Assembly (NCBI GenBank): GCA_964200075.2
Contig: CAXNAA020000028.1
Coordinates: 1-34,003 of the forward strand
DNA: 34,003 bases
Source: Sphacelaria rigidula
Lineage: Eukaryota
Direction of reading: 5' to 3'
The position numbers were made by a program, and so were the translations under genes. Position 1 is the first letter of the stretch, and each line of letters opens with the position of its first letter. Positions 1-11,200 of the stretch are shown piece after piece. The notes under the pieces were generated by a model that worked only from the letters and a program-made list of their open reading frames with translations, made no database searches and was not told the DNA's origin.

Positions 1-145
1 CACCAGGTTGGTCTACACTTCACAGTGATATGCTTACATCGGCTTCATTCGGGAAACTGGGGAAGCTGTGGTGTGAGCAAGTTTTAGCAGCTTTTAAGCT
101 GGTCCAGCTCGTAGTCCGGTCAAAAGTAGCACTAGATCCACGAAA

Positions 146-299
146 GATCGGTAAAGTGCGCTTGAACCCCCTGGAGAGTATGGTCATTACTTCCGAGATT
201 GGGAAAGTGCGAAAGAACCCTCTGGACAGTATAGTAAAGCTTTCTGAGATCGCGAACGTGCGCTAGGACCCCCTGGAAATTGTAGCAAATCTTTCCGAG
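146..299. repeat. Degenerate 51-bp tandem repeat, 3 copies
   Basis: Units start at 146, 197 and 248 (GATcggtAAAGTGCG..GAACCCCCTGGA..AGTAT..TA....TTCCGA). The + frame reads 17-aa units (KIGKVRLNPLESMVITS / EIGKVRKNPLDSIVKLS / EIANVR*DPLEIVANLS). Confidence 0.8.
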
Positions 300-1196
300 G
301 TGGAACAATCCGTCAAGGCCCTTAATCTGGCGAAGCTCCACCCTGACGGACGTGCTCAAACGAGGATTTCGTGAGAGACTTTTTTCTCGTGTCACAAGAG
401 GCGGCCTTGGGGTTGACGATATGGATTGACGAAAACTAACTGTATGCCAACCGTACTCAGTCAACCAAGAGCTAAGGGTCGGTGTATGTGATGTTTCATA
501 GCGAGCCGTACATGCTCGCACGGCGCAAGTGCAATGCCAGAGCTGCCGAGTGCGATGTACTAATCGTCCTTTGGTAGGGCTGCACCAACCATTCTGCAGC
601 CCAAAGGCATCGTGGAAACACCCGGTCAGGTGGCAACGAGCGAGTTGGCGGCGCGCAGTGTATACGGTAGCCATGAGTTTTGGTTTAGTCCAGTTGCTCA
701 TCCTTTGGAGCCACCCTCTCCTCCGGTTGTGCTAAGAATATGTCTCTGTTTTGATACTGGAAAAGAGCACTCGTGTGATATCGCACGGGACGGCTCCGCT
801 TCGGGTGATGAAATGCATTATCATGCGCCATCACCACGTACGTGATGCGCGACGCCAACATGCTCAGCCTCACCACCCCGTTACACGCGAGCCATCGTGT
901 GCACGAATGCCGCCCACCGTCGGACTAACTATTCTCGCTGCCACTCCGTCTCCGCGAGTTGAATGAGTGTTGAGGAGTACATTTCCGGGGGGGGAAATGC
1001 GCTACGCCAAACTCTCGACAGCGCGCTCGACACGACCGTGTTTCAATGCACGGACGTGGTCGAGAATGACCACAAATAACGTCGACGTCACGAACGGCTG
1101 TCGGTTAAAACCTACGCCGGTCGCAGTAGCAAAACATGCGCTACGCCTACTACGCGAGACGACCCGGAAGCACGAATCCAGGTGTGCGGTTGGATC

Positions 1197-1735
1197 AAAG
1201 AAGCTCAACGTATGGCTGCAACAAATCTGCGGCGGGAACCCACGCGACGATATGGCGATACCAGCGCCGTCGCGATCACCGCCGACAACGACAACAGTCG
1301 TGCCGCTGAGGTATAATACGCTCGGCACGCGGTTGCAACAAACCGGCAGCAGCGACTCAGGCGACGACAAGGCGATACTGCCGCCGCTGCGATCACCGCC
1401 GATGCTAATAGGCGTGCCGTTAAGACAAAGAAAGTTACAAGCTTGGCTGCGACACGACAGCGGTGAAGATTCAGACTAAAACAACGCGATAGCAACGCCG
1501 TTGCGATCACCGCCGGTGCCAGCAGGCGTGCCGCTGAGGAGAACGAACTCAATTCTTGACGGCACCACATCGGCAGCGGGAATTCAGGTGACGATAACGC
1601 GACGGTACCGCCGCTGCGACCACCGCCGATGCCAACGAGCGTGCCGCTGAGGCAAAGTAAATCCTTCGTCTTGCTATGATAAACAGACAGCGGAAATCCA
1701 GGCGAAACAAGGCAATAGCACCGCCGCTGGTTGAC
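1197..1735 (+). repeat. Decayed ~115-bp tandem repeat (4-5 copies), probably once coding for an Arg/Ala-rich repeat
   Basis: The core GCCG(C/T)(T/C)GCGATCACCGCCG...CGTGCCGCTGAG recurs at ~115-bp spacing. One frame gives RQQRLRRRQGDTAAAAITADANRRA-like units broken by stops and a frameshift. Confidence 0.75.
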
Positions 1736-2507
1736 ACGAAAAATATCGTTGCCAATAACGTGAGCACGCGGCTGCTGCCGCGCGAGTGGGGAACAAAAGT
1801 CACGAGCGGCGCACGTTAGACTAACTTTTATGAGCACAAATCCCAATTTTACAGAGACCCTAATCTGTGCATAATCGGGGGAACTTATTATGTTTGCGAA
1901 AGTCAAATCCGTAGGGACCCTACTATGGTCTCATATATTTGTTGCAATAGTTCTTTACGCGGACGGATATGTTCTGCAGGGATGTGGTATCGCCTGCTAG
2001 TGAAGCCACAGAACAGGCAGGCAGTGAGTCATCCTTCGAGTACAGTATCGCATCATGGTACCATAGGGCAATACAGTGCAGCACACACCCCATCATCACA
2101 GTACACCGTAATGCCGTGTGAGAATACATTATGGTACAGTCAGTATTGCGAGAACAGTGACCAGTGTGCGAGAAGAGTTCAGAACGAGTGCATTGCCGTA
2201 CACCACCCTGTGAGCACAACAATAGACAGTAGGATAGATAGCACAGTACCATTCGATACGGTGATGCATACAGCAGTGCAGAGCAGTATATCATCGTCGC
2301 CGCAGAGGTACGGCGTCAATACTACTTATCCATTTGTCAAACTCCGTGCGAAGCTCCACCAGCAGCTGGCACGGTAGGTACGACCTGTGCTATCACAAGA
2401 CTGGCTGCTGCTACAGTTTGAGAAATATCAAACGCCTGTTGCCTTATCACCGTAAGTCACTGTACGTACGCTACAATCTTACAGATTGGAAGGCGGCTCA
2501 TCTTTCT

Positions 2508-2650
2508 CCCGATCTGTAGCGCAGATTGGGGAAATCGTGAGAACACCGAGAAACCCCGAATTGAGGTCCCCCGATCTGGGCCATATTGGGGTCCATAACA
2601 GGTGTTTCTCGACTTGAGTTCCTCCGATCTGCGTAAAGATCGAGATTGGT
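2508..2650. repeat. Three spaced CCGATCTG hairpin-forming motifs
   Basis: CCGATCTG at 2509, 2571 and 2624, each followed by a partial complement (CAGATTGGG, CATATTGGG, AAGATCGAG). Two are preceded by TTGAG(G/T)TCC. Confidence 0.5.
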
Positions 2651-4141
2651 GACTGCAATAGAAACTGGTTTTGTTGCATCACCACAGCTTCACTGATGTG
2701 GCCTTCTCGTGGGTAGCGTGGGCATTGTAAGTGGTATCCAGCGTGCCGCAGTTGAGCGTGAGTGACACTGGGATCGCTTCGTCTCGGCGGCGCAAGCATC
2801 GTAGACAGCGTTGAGCGTGCTGCGATTGACCATGCTGCGACCGATCATGATGCAGCACGGACCCCAACGCAAATTGCTATCAAAATTGTGTTTCTTCGCT
2901 TATGTGGGTACATATACTACAATTCGGTTCGAGGTCCTTCCTGTCTTGTGAGCGTGTTCTTACTTTCTTACTGGTGTCCCCGTTCACGTTCGTCGTGAAT
3001 GTCGTCCGACCTGACTACTCACGCACTTTCGCACTCGCGTGGTGCATGTCCGCCACGTTCGCATATTATACACAACATTCATAAGAACTGAACACAGCGC
3101 TCATAAGAATCCATTAGGTGTTTTGGAGAATGCAGCCTGCCGCTGCTCCCGACAGTCCTGTGGATGACGATACTGTAGACGAGGGAGACCACAGCAGGAC
3201 GCTCCGGCTCAGGACGATTTCGGTCATTTTGTTTTCATCATATGGATCGCAGCAACCTGGCATGGTTGATCAGCAAAAATGGAACTTGTTGCAGTGGAGC
3301 TTGTGTTTGTGCGCCACTCATACCGAAGAGGATGGCTACGCCCTCTACGCCTCCGTATTACGCTGGCGTTGCCGTTGACGCTTACAACAAGACGCATATG
3401 CGAGTGCAGAGCAGCTACTGGTGGTGTGCAAACGTTACCGGGATATGGCACGAGCTAGATGTGCGTGGAAATTGCCTGGCGGGTCTGGACGCATTTCCTT
3501 ACATGAAGGCGCGGTCTCTCCCGCCGAATAACCATTGCGAACGCCAGCGGAGAAAAAGAATGGACTTGCTGGCGCATGGGCGCGAAAGAGGCTTACAGCT
3601 TGTAAAACGTAGAACCTGGGACCAGCGCGCACTGCATGTGCCCGCGTTAACAATCGAGAAAACTGGTGTGAGCTTTACTGACACCCAGACAAGAGCAACC
3701 ATGCAGGACCAGTTTCGATACCCAATTCGTCGTCCTTCGAAATCAACACCCAAAACAAATACTTCGCAAACGTCTACAATAATGTATGGGAATACCAAGC
3801 AGGTTTGGATGTACATATGTCCGACGTGTATTTGTCATATTCCAGCGGTGCTACGATCCTTTGATATTCCGTACTGGTGGACCAACAGCCGAGCACAGAG
3901 CAGCTCTGGACTCCAGTCCTCCCACAGCGGGCACACGGTAAAGACAACGTCTACCGTTCACAGCGGGTCTGAGCGCGGAGGACGAACCGCGGGTCTGCGC
4001 AGTTGCTTTTGAGCACTGAAAACAGTGAACGAAGATGGATTCCCCCCCCAAACAGTACTACGAATACATGAAAAAATGGTCCCAAGCACCACTCGAGCCG
4101 CAATGTAAGCTGCATTTGGACATAGCACTACGTAACAGTTT

Positions 4142-4208
4142 ACCACGGCTGGACCCTTGGGGGTCAGTTGAAGTGCGACAATCGATCAATCAAATCAGTC
4201 ATCAGTCA
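4142..4208 (+). mobile_element. Short retroelement (LINE/SINE) 3'-tail fragment ending in (CAAT/CAGT)n
   Basis: ACCACGG...CAGTTGAAGTGCGACAAT followed by a CAAT/CAGT microsatellite; similar to 10370-10460. Confidence 0.5.
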
Positions 4209-4711
4209 TTTTTTTTCTTGAAACGATGTTGTACATATTTTTTCAGGAAAACCCACAGGACTGTCAAATCCATTTTTTACAAACTGGTATGAACTTGTTC
4301 TCTACAGCAGCATCCGAAGCAGAGGCTAACAGAGCTCCGACGTAGCAACCTCCAGTTGAAGGCCTTCCCATCTTTTGATCAACATGTTCATCAATGGAGG
4401 CGCTGCTGAGAAGATGAGCGGAGATAATCTTAATGAAGATGAAAAGTTTTTGATCTAGAAGCTCCTGGACCAAAGCGCGTCTCTCCTCTCCTATGAGATT
4501 TTTTCTGGTTACCTTCTCAGCAACGCCTTCAGCTTGTGCGTGCCGTGGTGTTCGTCCGTGGTATGTGGTGCATCTTGACTCCAAGAGTAATTTGGGTAAA
4601 TTGCGGGGGTCAGGGCAAAAAACGACGTCTGTAATGAAAAGCCCGGGGATGGTATTGATGAATCTCCTGTCCACCACGGGGATTTTCTTTCCCCTTCCCC
4701 CCCCCCTTCTC

Positions 4712-4851
4712 AAAGGGGATGCGTGGTCGATGGTCAGATGACTAAGGCAAGCAAAACATGAGTACGCCCGCCCCGATTGTACGGATGGAGATGAACGGCC
4801 TCAAGACCACGGCATGCAAGATCATGAGTACACCCTACCCCCCCCACCCCG
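4712..4851 (+). mobile_element. Two tandem, heavily 5'-truncated LINE 3'-end copies
   Basis: 4712-4774 (AAAGGGGATGCGTGGTCGATGGTCAGATGACTAAGGCAAGCAAAACATGAGTACGCCC) aligns by eye to 6670-6732. A more diverged unit follows and ends ATGAGTACACCCTACCCCCCC. Poly(C) lies on both sides. Confidence 0.65.
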
Positions 4852-5262
4852 ACCCGAAATTCACTTCATATCACCTCAACGCTTCTAGAACCGCTGCACA
4901 ACTATCCTACGACGGTACATCCAAATGTGGCTTACATTACGGCTCAGCGTGGTATTGCATGAAGACGCCATCTGCCCTACAAATTGTCTATGTGCACATC
5001 TCCTCAAAATATCAGGTCCCAATTCTCGAGCTTTGCGTGAGGAATCGCTGGATATTCTTTCGTTTTCCCATGTAGTCGGATCAAGGGGTGTGACCGCATG
5101 TTCACATATGCTACGCTCCAGTTTTCAATATATCTGTCGTCTGCGAAGAACATATGTACTGTATAGCAACTCTAATTCGAACAGGCCTCCATACGGCACC
5201 ATGGAACAGTAAAAGCTGTACCGTACGCCACAGTACGGTACGGCCATAACTTTCATAAAGGC

Positions 5263-5319
5263 CAGCACAGCTCAGCACAGCTCAGAGCTCAGCACAGCAC
5301 AGCACAGCACAGCACAGCA
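5263..5319. repeat. (CAGCA)n pentanucleotide microsatellite
   Basis: Direct read: cagcacagctcagcacagctcagagctcagcacagcacagcacagcacagcacagca. Confidence 0.9.
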
Positions 5320-5425
5320 AAATTCATCACACCCGACTAGGCACAGTAAAGTGCGACATTACTGTGCATAACTTATCGGACCACAAACGTACATATCGCC
5401 CCTGCATGCAAGAGGTTCCACTCAC

Positions 5426-5529
5426 TCGAAAGGAAATGTTACCAAGATTTCGAATCCACCGGCGACGCCACCAGAGATAAACGGATGCTTGGGTCGATAC
5501 CGTTGCTCTTCCTCTGTCTTGACGGACAT
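5426..5529 (-). CDS. Mitochondrial carrier (SLC25) family protein, first coding exon (citrate/succinate-fumarate carrier-like N-terminus)
   Basis: ATG at 5529 gives MSVKTEEEQRYRPKHPFISGGVAGGFEILVTFPF(E). This has the helix-1 GGxAG pattern and the start of the Px[DE]xx[KR] signature, followed by a phase-2 GA|GTGAGT donor at 5425. Downstream exons were not found in the window. Confidence 0.75.
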
Positions 5530-6469
5530 TCCGCTCCTGTGTTCCCGCTGAGAGATGGCTGACACAAGGTTCCCAACACCTTGCACATGAACACATCCAG
5601 GTGCGGTGGAATTAACATGGTGAAACGCTCGAAACAGCACGAGTTAACCCGCATATTGCTCTCTCGACACCCGCAACGCCACGGACTCACTACTTTGTAC
5701 GCGAGCGCATTTCGCGCCCTGTACATGTTGTAGTTACCACCCTGGTGGGTAGGTATGTGAGGTTTTGAATGCTGGTGTCACTTTCATACCAGCGCTTTGT
5801 GCAGGCTTCTACGAAGCGAAGGCAAGTTGAACTGCAACTGACCGCTGAGCAGACCCGGCTACTGAGTTTGATCTCCAAGATAACCCGTATGAACTGCGTC
5901 CTTCCATTACGGTGAAAGACGATGCCGAGCGCAAAGAGGCCACACTTGCTGCATAAACGAGGACGATTAGGGGAATTTGCGGCTCCACATGCTCCGGGTG
6001 GTACTAGTGGTATCCGCGCACATGACCATCGCCAACACCAACACCATCTAGACTCGCATCAGGTAATGGGCGTAGTGTAATAGTACGGAACTTGAACTTT
6101 TACAGAGGCGACCAAGATGGGTCGCTTCTTGTCACAGCACAATACCTATACAGCATAGACTGGAAGGGTTCGGGTTTCACAGGGTGACACAGTTAACTTG
6201 CACCACAGTACAGATCCGCTAGATACCAAGAAATCGACCTGAAACGATCAGGCAATCTGAGACTCAACTAATGGTTCACGGTAAGATATACTGTACGGCC
6301 TAGAAATAAGGAGTAGATACATCCGTATTCGTCTGCACAAGATAAAAAATCGCTACCGTGGATGAGAAATTGCATCACAAAGGTGCAATGCGGATAAGAA
6401 ACTACAACGGCGCAACTCTGGAAGGTCATAGATCAGGATGAGAAACATAACCCTCCCCCCCCCCCTTCG

Positions 6470-6740
6470 GCATGGAATCGTTTGATGCACTAGACAGCGG
6501 GGGAAAAACGATGGCTATAGTAGGAGATAGATGGTGGCCACAGACGGCGAAACTTGACGGGGATAAGATGTGCACTGTAAAAGATTTTTGTGTAATGTAT
6601 GCAAGAAACGTAATGTGCGAAGAAATGCTGGAGGCGTCTCTATTAGGAGTGAAACAGTGCTCCGTTTCGAAAGGGATGCGTGGTCAATCATTGAACGACT
6701 AAGGCAAGCAACAAATGAGTACGCCCCCCCCCGCTCCCCG
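6470..6740 (+). mobile_element. Non-LTR retrotransposon (LINE) 3'-end fragment, degenerate
   Basis: Frameshifted peptide FDALDSGGKTMAIVGDRWWPQTAK..DK / KRFLCNVCKKRN..NAGGVSIRS / KGMRGQ. I recall this as the C-terminus of an abundant brown-algal LINE ORF (recollection, not searched). It has a second copy at 4712 and poly(C) flanks. Confidence 0.65.
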
Positions 6741-8043
6741 CTGCTCTACGCGTCTGAGAAGGCTTTATATCATCGCCGGTCTCGATAACAAACCAAACTT
6801 TTCTTTACACGATACAACCATATACCAGTTTTTTTGGAGTGTTGGTTGTGTCGATGCAGGGTGGTACACCGCCATGGCAGCTTCCCAATATAGCCCAAGT
6901 CAGCTTGGAGACGTGCTACGGCAGCGGTGCGCAAAAGCCTTTCTGGGCCGATGTACCGGAGTTAGATCTAGACTCTCGCGCACTCGCACTAGTGCAGTTC
7001 GGACGAAATTGTGTCTGAACGCGAGGCGATCCTCTCGTAGCCAAGCCTCACAAATTGTGAAAAAAATATTATTTTGTTTCACGACGTGAGATACGTCAGA
7101 CAAGTGTAATTGCCCAAAAGAGTGCATCCGCACCGTAGCAGGACTCCTTGATGAATTTGGAGACGCGCAGAGACACAGCTATGCTGGTAGATTCAGCTCA
7201 AGCGGAATCGCCAATTGCACACCCACATGAGGGAACGTAGAGGTGTCGAGTGGCCTTTTCGAAATGCAGGGATGCTACACTAGTACAGCGAGTTCATCAC
7301 CGTGACGGACAACACCAAATAGATCGCATTAGGATGATAGCCCTAACCCAAACTTGCCAATTGTTTTTACTCAGCGATTGCTATGTGTTTGTCTCTCGAC
7401 CACATTGAATCGGCCACGTTTCCCATGAGTGGTCGAGAGGGGGTCGCTGCCGGGACTGACTTTCGATAGGGTGTCAGGAAAGAAGAAATCGTTTTTCTTA
7501 TTTTTTCGTCAGACACATCTCGAAATCCCCAAGCAAGAAACTCAGCTGAACCTCTATCTACAATAAGGCTTGAGCCTGGGTCTAATATAGTGTTCCTTTC
7601 AGGCGGGGCGGCAGTGTACTGCACGAGTCGGGCGTCACGTTTATGCGGTATATTTTTGCGCTCATGGAACATAGATATGTCGCTATGCCATTATGTCCAA
7701 TCATAATTGACAATGCAATTCAGACAATGCTAGTATAAACACGACAATATTCGCGTGAATACTGCTGGGCACGAAACTGTTCACAACAAATCCGGAAGAA
7801 GTGACTACGCAGATGGTATAGTTCAAAACGTCTCAACACGGCCGAGTGCTCGGAAGTTGACTTGAATTCCTGCACGGAGCAGGCCTTTTCTCCCGGATCT
7901 AACTTATTCGAGCGCATGTGAGATCGTGTAGTGCCCGCATCTGGTCTCTGTTGTCATGTTCAATATGCTGCTGGAAGAAATAAAAGCAACCCGGCCCCCG
8001 TAGCAACAACTCCGTTGTATTTTGTCGCGAGGGGCACTGACTT

Positions 8044-8225
8044 ATGCCTGACACGATATCGAAATCCAAGGAACGGCACGCTCGAGATGGACACGAAGAA
8101 TCCTCCAGTATCTCCTCTAGCACTGGCTCTTCAGACCCGGTTTTGCACGGGTTATTGCAAGATGTTCCGACAAGAAAGCCAAAAAGCCAGCTGACATCGA
8201 CGGAGTACGCATTGCAAGAAATTAG
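8044..8225 (+). CDS. Coiled-coil gene exon 1 (putative start)
   Basis: ATG MPDTISKSKER...TEYALQEI; AG|GTGAG donor, phase 2 matches exon 2. Confidence 0.65.
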
Positions 8226-11200
8226 GTGAGATTCTTGAGAAAATGTATCCAGCTGCCTCGTGCCGTGGCGACCTTGTTTTCTCGCTCTGCAACCCGTTCA
8301 CTCTGCCTCGACTGAACCCAGGTTCTTCGTACGTATCCTTGGTCTCCCGAAGCGCAAATCGCGTGCGGTAGAGCGATATGATTCGTGCGGTCGCATTTGC
8401 TGTAACCAAGGCCATTCGATGTATTAACCAGATGCTACCCTAACAAAACTACACCGTGGTCCGAATCAAAAGACTGCATCTCCGACCTCCGCGGTACCCC
8501 AGTGTACCAAGTATTGAATGTTGTCAACCACTAACCAAACACCCGCCATGACTTCAAGTAGTTTCCGATTATAGCAACGCCCACATCTCACTCTCAAGCC
8601 CTAACTCAGTACAATGGGAAAATTCCGCGTCCCGCAGTAACATGTGCCAGCCATGGCTCTCGAAGAAACCAGCAAGCCTTTATGTTTCTTCTTGCTGCAC
8701 TCTGTTGTCGCATGCAGGAGTCGTGTAAGAGCCATTGATGAGCGGTGGGAAGAGGTCAACGTGAGGGCTACGAATACCCTCGACAACATCAAGGAAGGAA
8801 CCCTGGCTAGTCTGGAACCCGGCGGAAACCGAAGGCGTTCGGCCAGAATCCCTGCCGCACGCAAGCGAAGAGAAAAAGGTACTAGACTGAATGCATGTTA
8901 CTGGTGCTTGTCTACGGAGATTTGTGAGAAGTTAAAATGCATGCTCTGCAATATGATTGCGTCCCACGTTCAGTAGTCGGACTCTTTGGTAGAGCAAAGA
9001 AACGGTCGGAGAAGCGACGAAAATAGACAGGTGTTGGGCAGCAGGGAAACAGTGATGTGGTCAAGGTGTCGCATTGTCAGTTGTAATTGTTAATTCTGCG
9101 GTAGTACTGTAGCAATACCGTAGTAGCATCATGGTTGCCGAAGTCTTACATGGAGCCTTGACATGAGCACGCGACGAGAGCTCAATAGCAGCACCGTGGA
9201 AGTGCCACGGTGCCCTCATGAAGTTGCCACGACGTTGTCGCAGTAGTACCGTGGGTGTGTTGCGTCATCATTGCTTCAAAGAACTGTCATGGTGCCGTCA
9301 TGCAGCATCAAGAAGTTATTCCTCCCGATGGTAGGGACACGGCTGTGTACTGTGACACGTTCACGACAATGCCAGAGTACGAGGCTACCTTGGGAGAGAG
9401 GCATGCCACTCTCGTAGTGCCACCCCGATGTCGGCACATGGTCCATCATGTGAGGTGCGATTTTTTCGATATATTCCCGCACATTGACGGATCTGGCACG
9501 AATTCGGCCGCAATCACAAGATAGACGTGCCAAAGGTGATTAAACGGAAATGATTATTGTAGGAAGCTGGAGCAATGGGAAAGACTAGAGCCAAATAAGG
9601 GTAAAAACGATAGCGTCAACTGAAGAACGCGAAAATAAAGTCAAGAGAGAAATGAAGAGGAAATTAAATGAAAGGGGGAAACGAAAAGCGCAAGTCTAAG
9701 ATACAGTGCGTGTCTCGAGGAAAAGTCTCCCAACAGACCCATGCTGGATGGCTTCAAGCAAGGAGACCGTGCAAAAAAAGACGAAAATCAAAGCCTTGAA
9801 GAAAGTTGCGAGTCGGCTATTTGCGAACCACACTGTCTTGCCAGAAATTCTCACCCGCGATGTTACTACACATGATTTTCTGCGTTGTCTTCGGCTGTGA
9901 GTTTCTTCTCTTTCTTCTTTTCCCTCTCTACTCTTTTGCTTGTTGTTCTTTCATTCTTAATATCCATTTTTCCTTATTCCGCTTTCCCCCCTCATGCAGC
10001 ATTGGCGTTTGGTATCTCACCCCTTCAGAACTCGTGGGTGAAACTTCCTGCCCGAATAACGTGGCCCTAATAAATCTCAATCGCCGCATGCTTTCACGGC
10101 CTTTTTCTGCCTTGCCTTGCCGTGCCTTGCCTTGCCTTGCCTGGCCTTGCCCTGACTTGTTTCATTTTTGTTCGATCTCCTCACCTGAAGTCATCGGTAG
10201 AGCCTGCTGTCCTCTTTTTGTTTTGGGACCGAGACTAGATACCAGGGCTGTTCCTATCTTGTGTTCGTAGTTCATTTCGTTTGTTCTCTTTCTTTTCCGT
10301 GCTTCTCCTTGCACGTGTTTCCTCCAGCGAGGTTTCCAGTTTAATTTCCTTGATCACGTCTATTTTGTGACCACGGTGAACTCGTAGCGGAGCAGTTAAT
10401 CTGCGACAGTGTACCAATAATTGACGAATTCAATCAGTCAGTCAGTCAATTAGTCAATCATTACCACGATACTGTCGTGAGAGGCACTACCATTGCGACC
10501 AATATCGTCAGGTCCCTGCTATTTTGAACTAATTCTTGATTATCCGACGCGCCTAACACATTGACCGGGCGTACTCCAGCCTAGACGCAAGTGTCTACGG
10601 TACTGCTGCTACCACGCAAATACGATGTCGTGAAACGCAACTCCCTTCTGGCGATAGTGTGACCATTCTTCAAATACTGCGTTCATCTGAAGCACGGTTT
10701 CACTTCGCATTATACCTGGTACATCTTGAACCATCTGTGGATAACGACAGATCGTAAGTTTTCACTACGCAGCGGAAGCAAGACAGGCAACCACGCACCG
10801 CCAAGTATTCTGGATAGTGCGTCAAGTGCGATGGCATGGCTGGATGAAATGGGAAATTCCGGCAGGAGGATTTCCCGCGACGAGCGCCTGGCCTTTGCTT
10901 TGGCGGAGTCTCAGGAGAACCTGGCCGAGGCCTCGCAAAAGTTCGAGGAATCGCAGGAGCGCAGCGCTGGTCTTCTTGATGAGCTCCGTGGGTGGTTGGA
11001 TAGCTTCACCGGAACAGCCCGGCCCGAGGATATAAATCCGATTATGGTGATGCTCCCCGACGAGGGGGTGCAAAGCGAGGTGGTGCTTCTCATGACGGAC
11101 TGCCAGGTGAAGAGCTTTGCGGGCGTGACACGGTATTGCCCTCAATCATGCACTTAACAAGCTTTCGGGTTTTTTCGCATACATAGTAGCGCTAGACAAA

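Noticed and set aside
3242..4012. 256-aa ORF on the + strand
   Set aside because: No recognisable domain, non-protein-like composition and no convincing splice context. Probably decayed repeat sequence.
4450..4560. Minus-strand peptide RKNLIGEERRALVQELL resembling a Tc1/mariner transposase N-terminal helix
   Set aside because: Too short, with no DDE/D motif or TIRs nearby, so it cannot be supported.
5000..5135. Candidate exon 2 of the mitochondrial carrier (cag|A TAT ATT GAA...)
   Set aside because: It gives PFEYIENW, lacking the conserved K/R of the signature, and reaches a stop without carrier-like sequence.
7367..7672. Minus ORF with an integrase-like LIVDRGSAEF motif
   Set aside because: Single weak motif; no other integrase, RT or LTR features.
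9090..9530. CATG/CCGTGG-rich degenerate tract with a 9-bp hairpin at 9191-9213 (possible Helitron 3' end)
   Set aside because: No CTRR terminus after the hairpin and no definable repeat unit.
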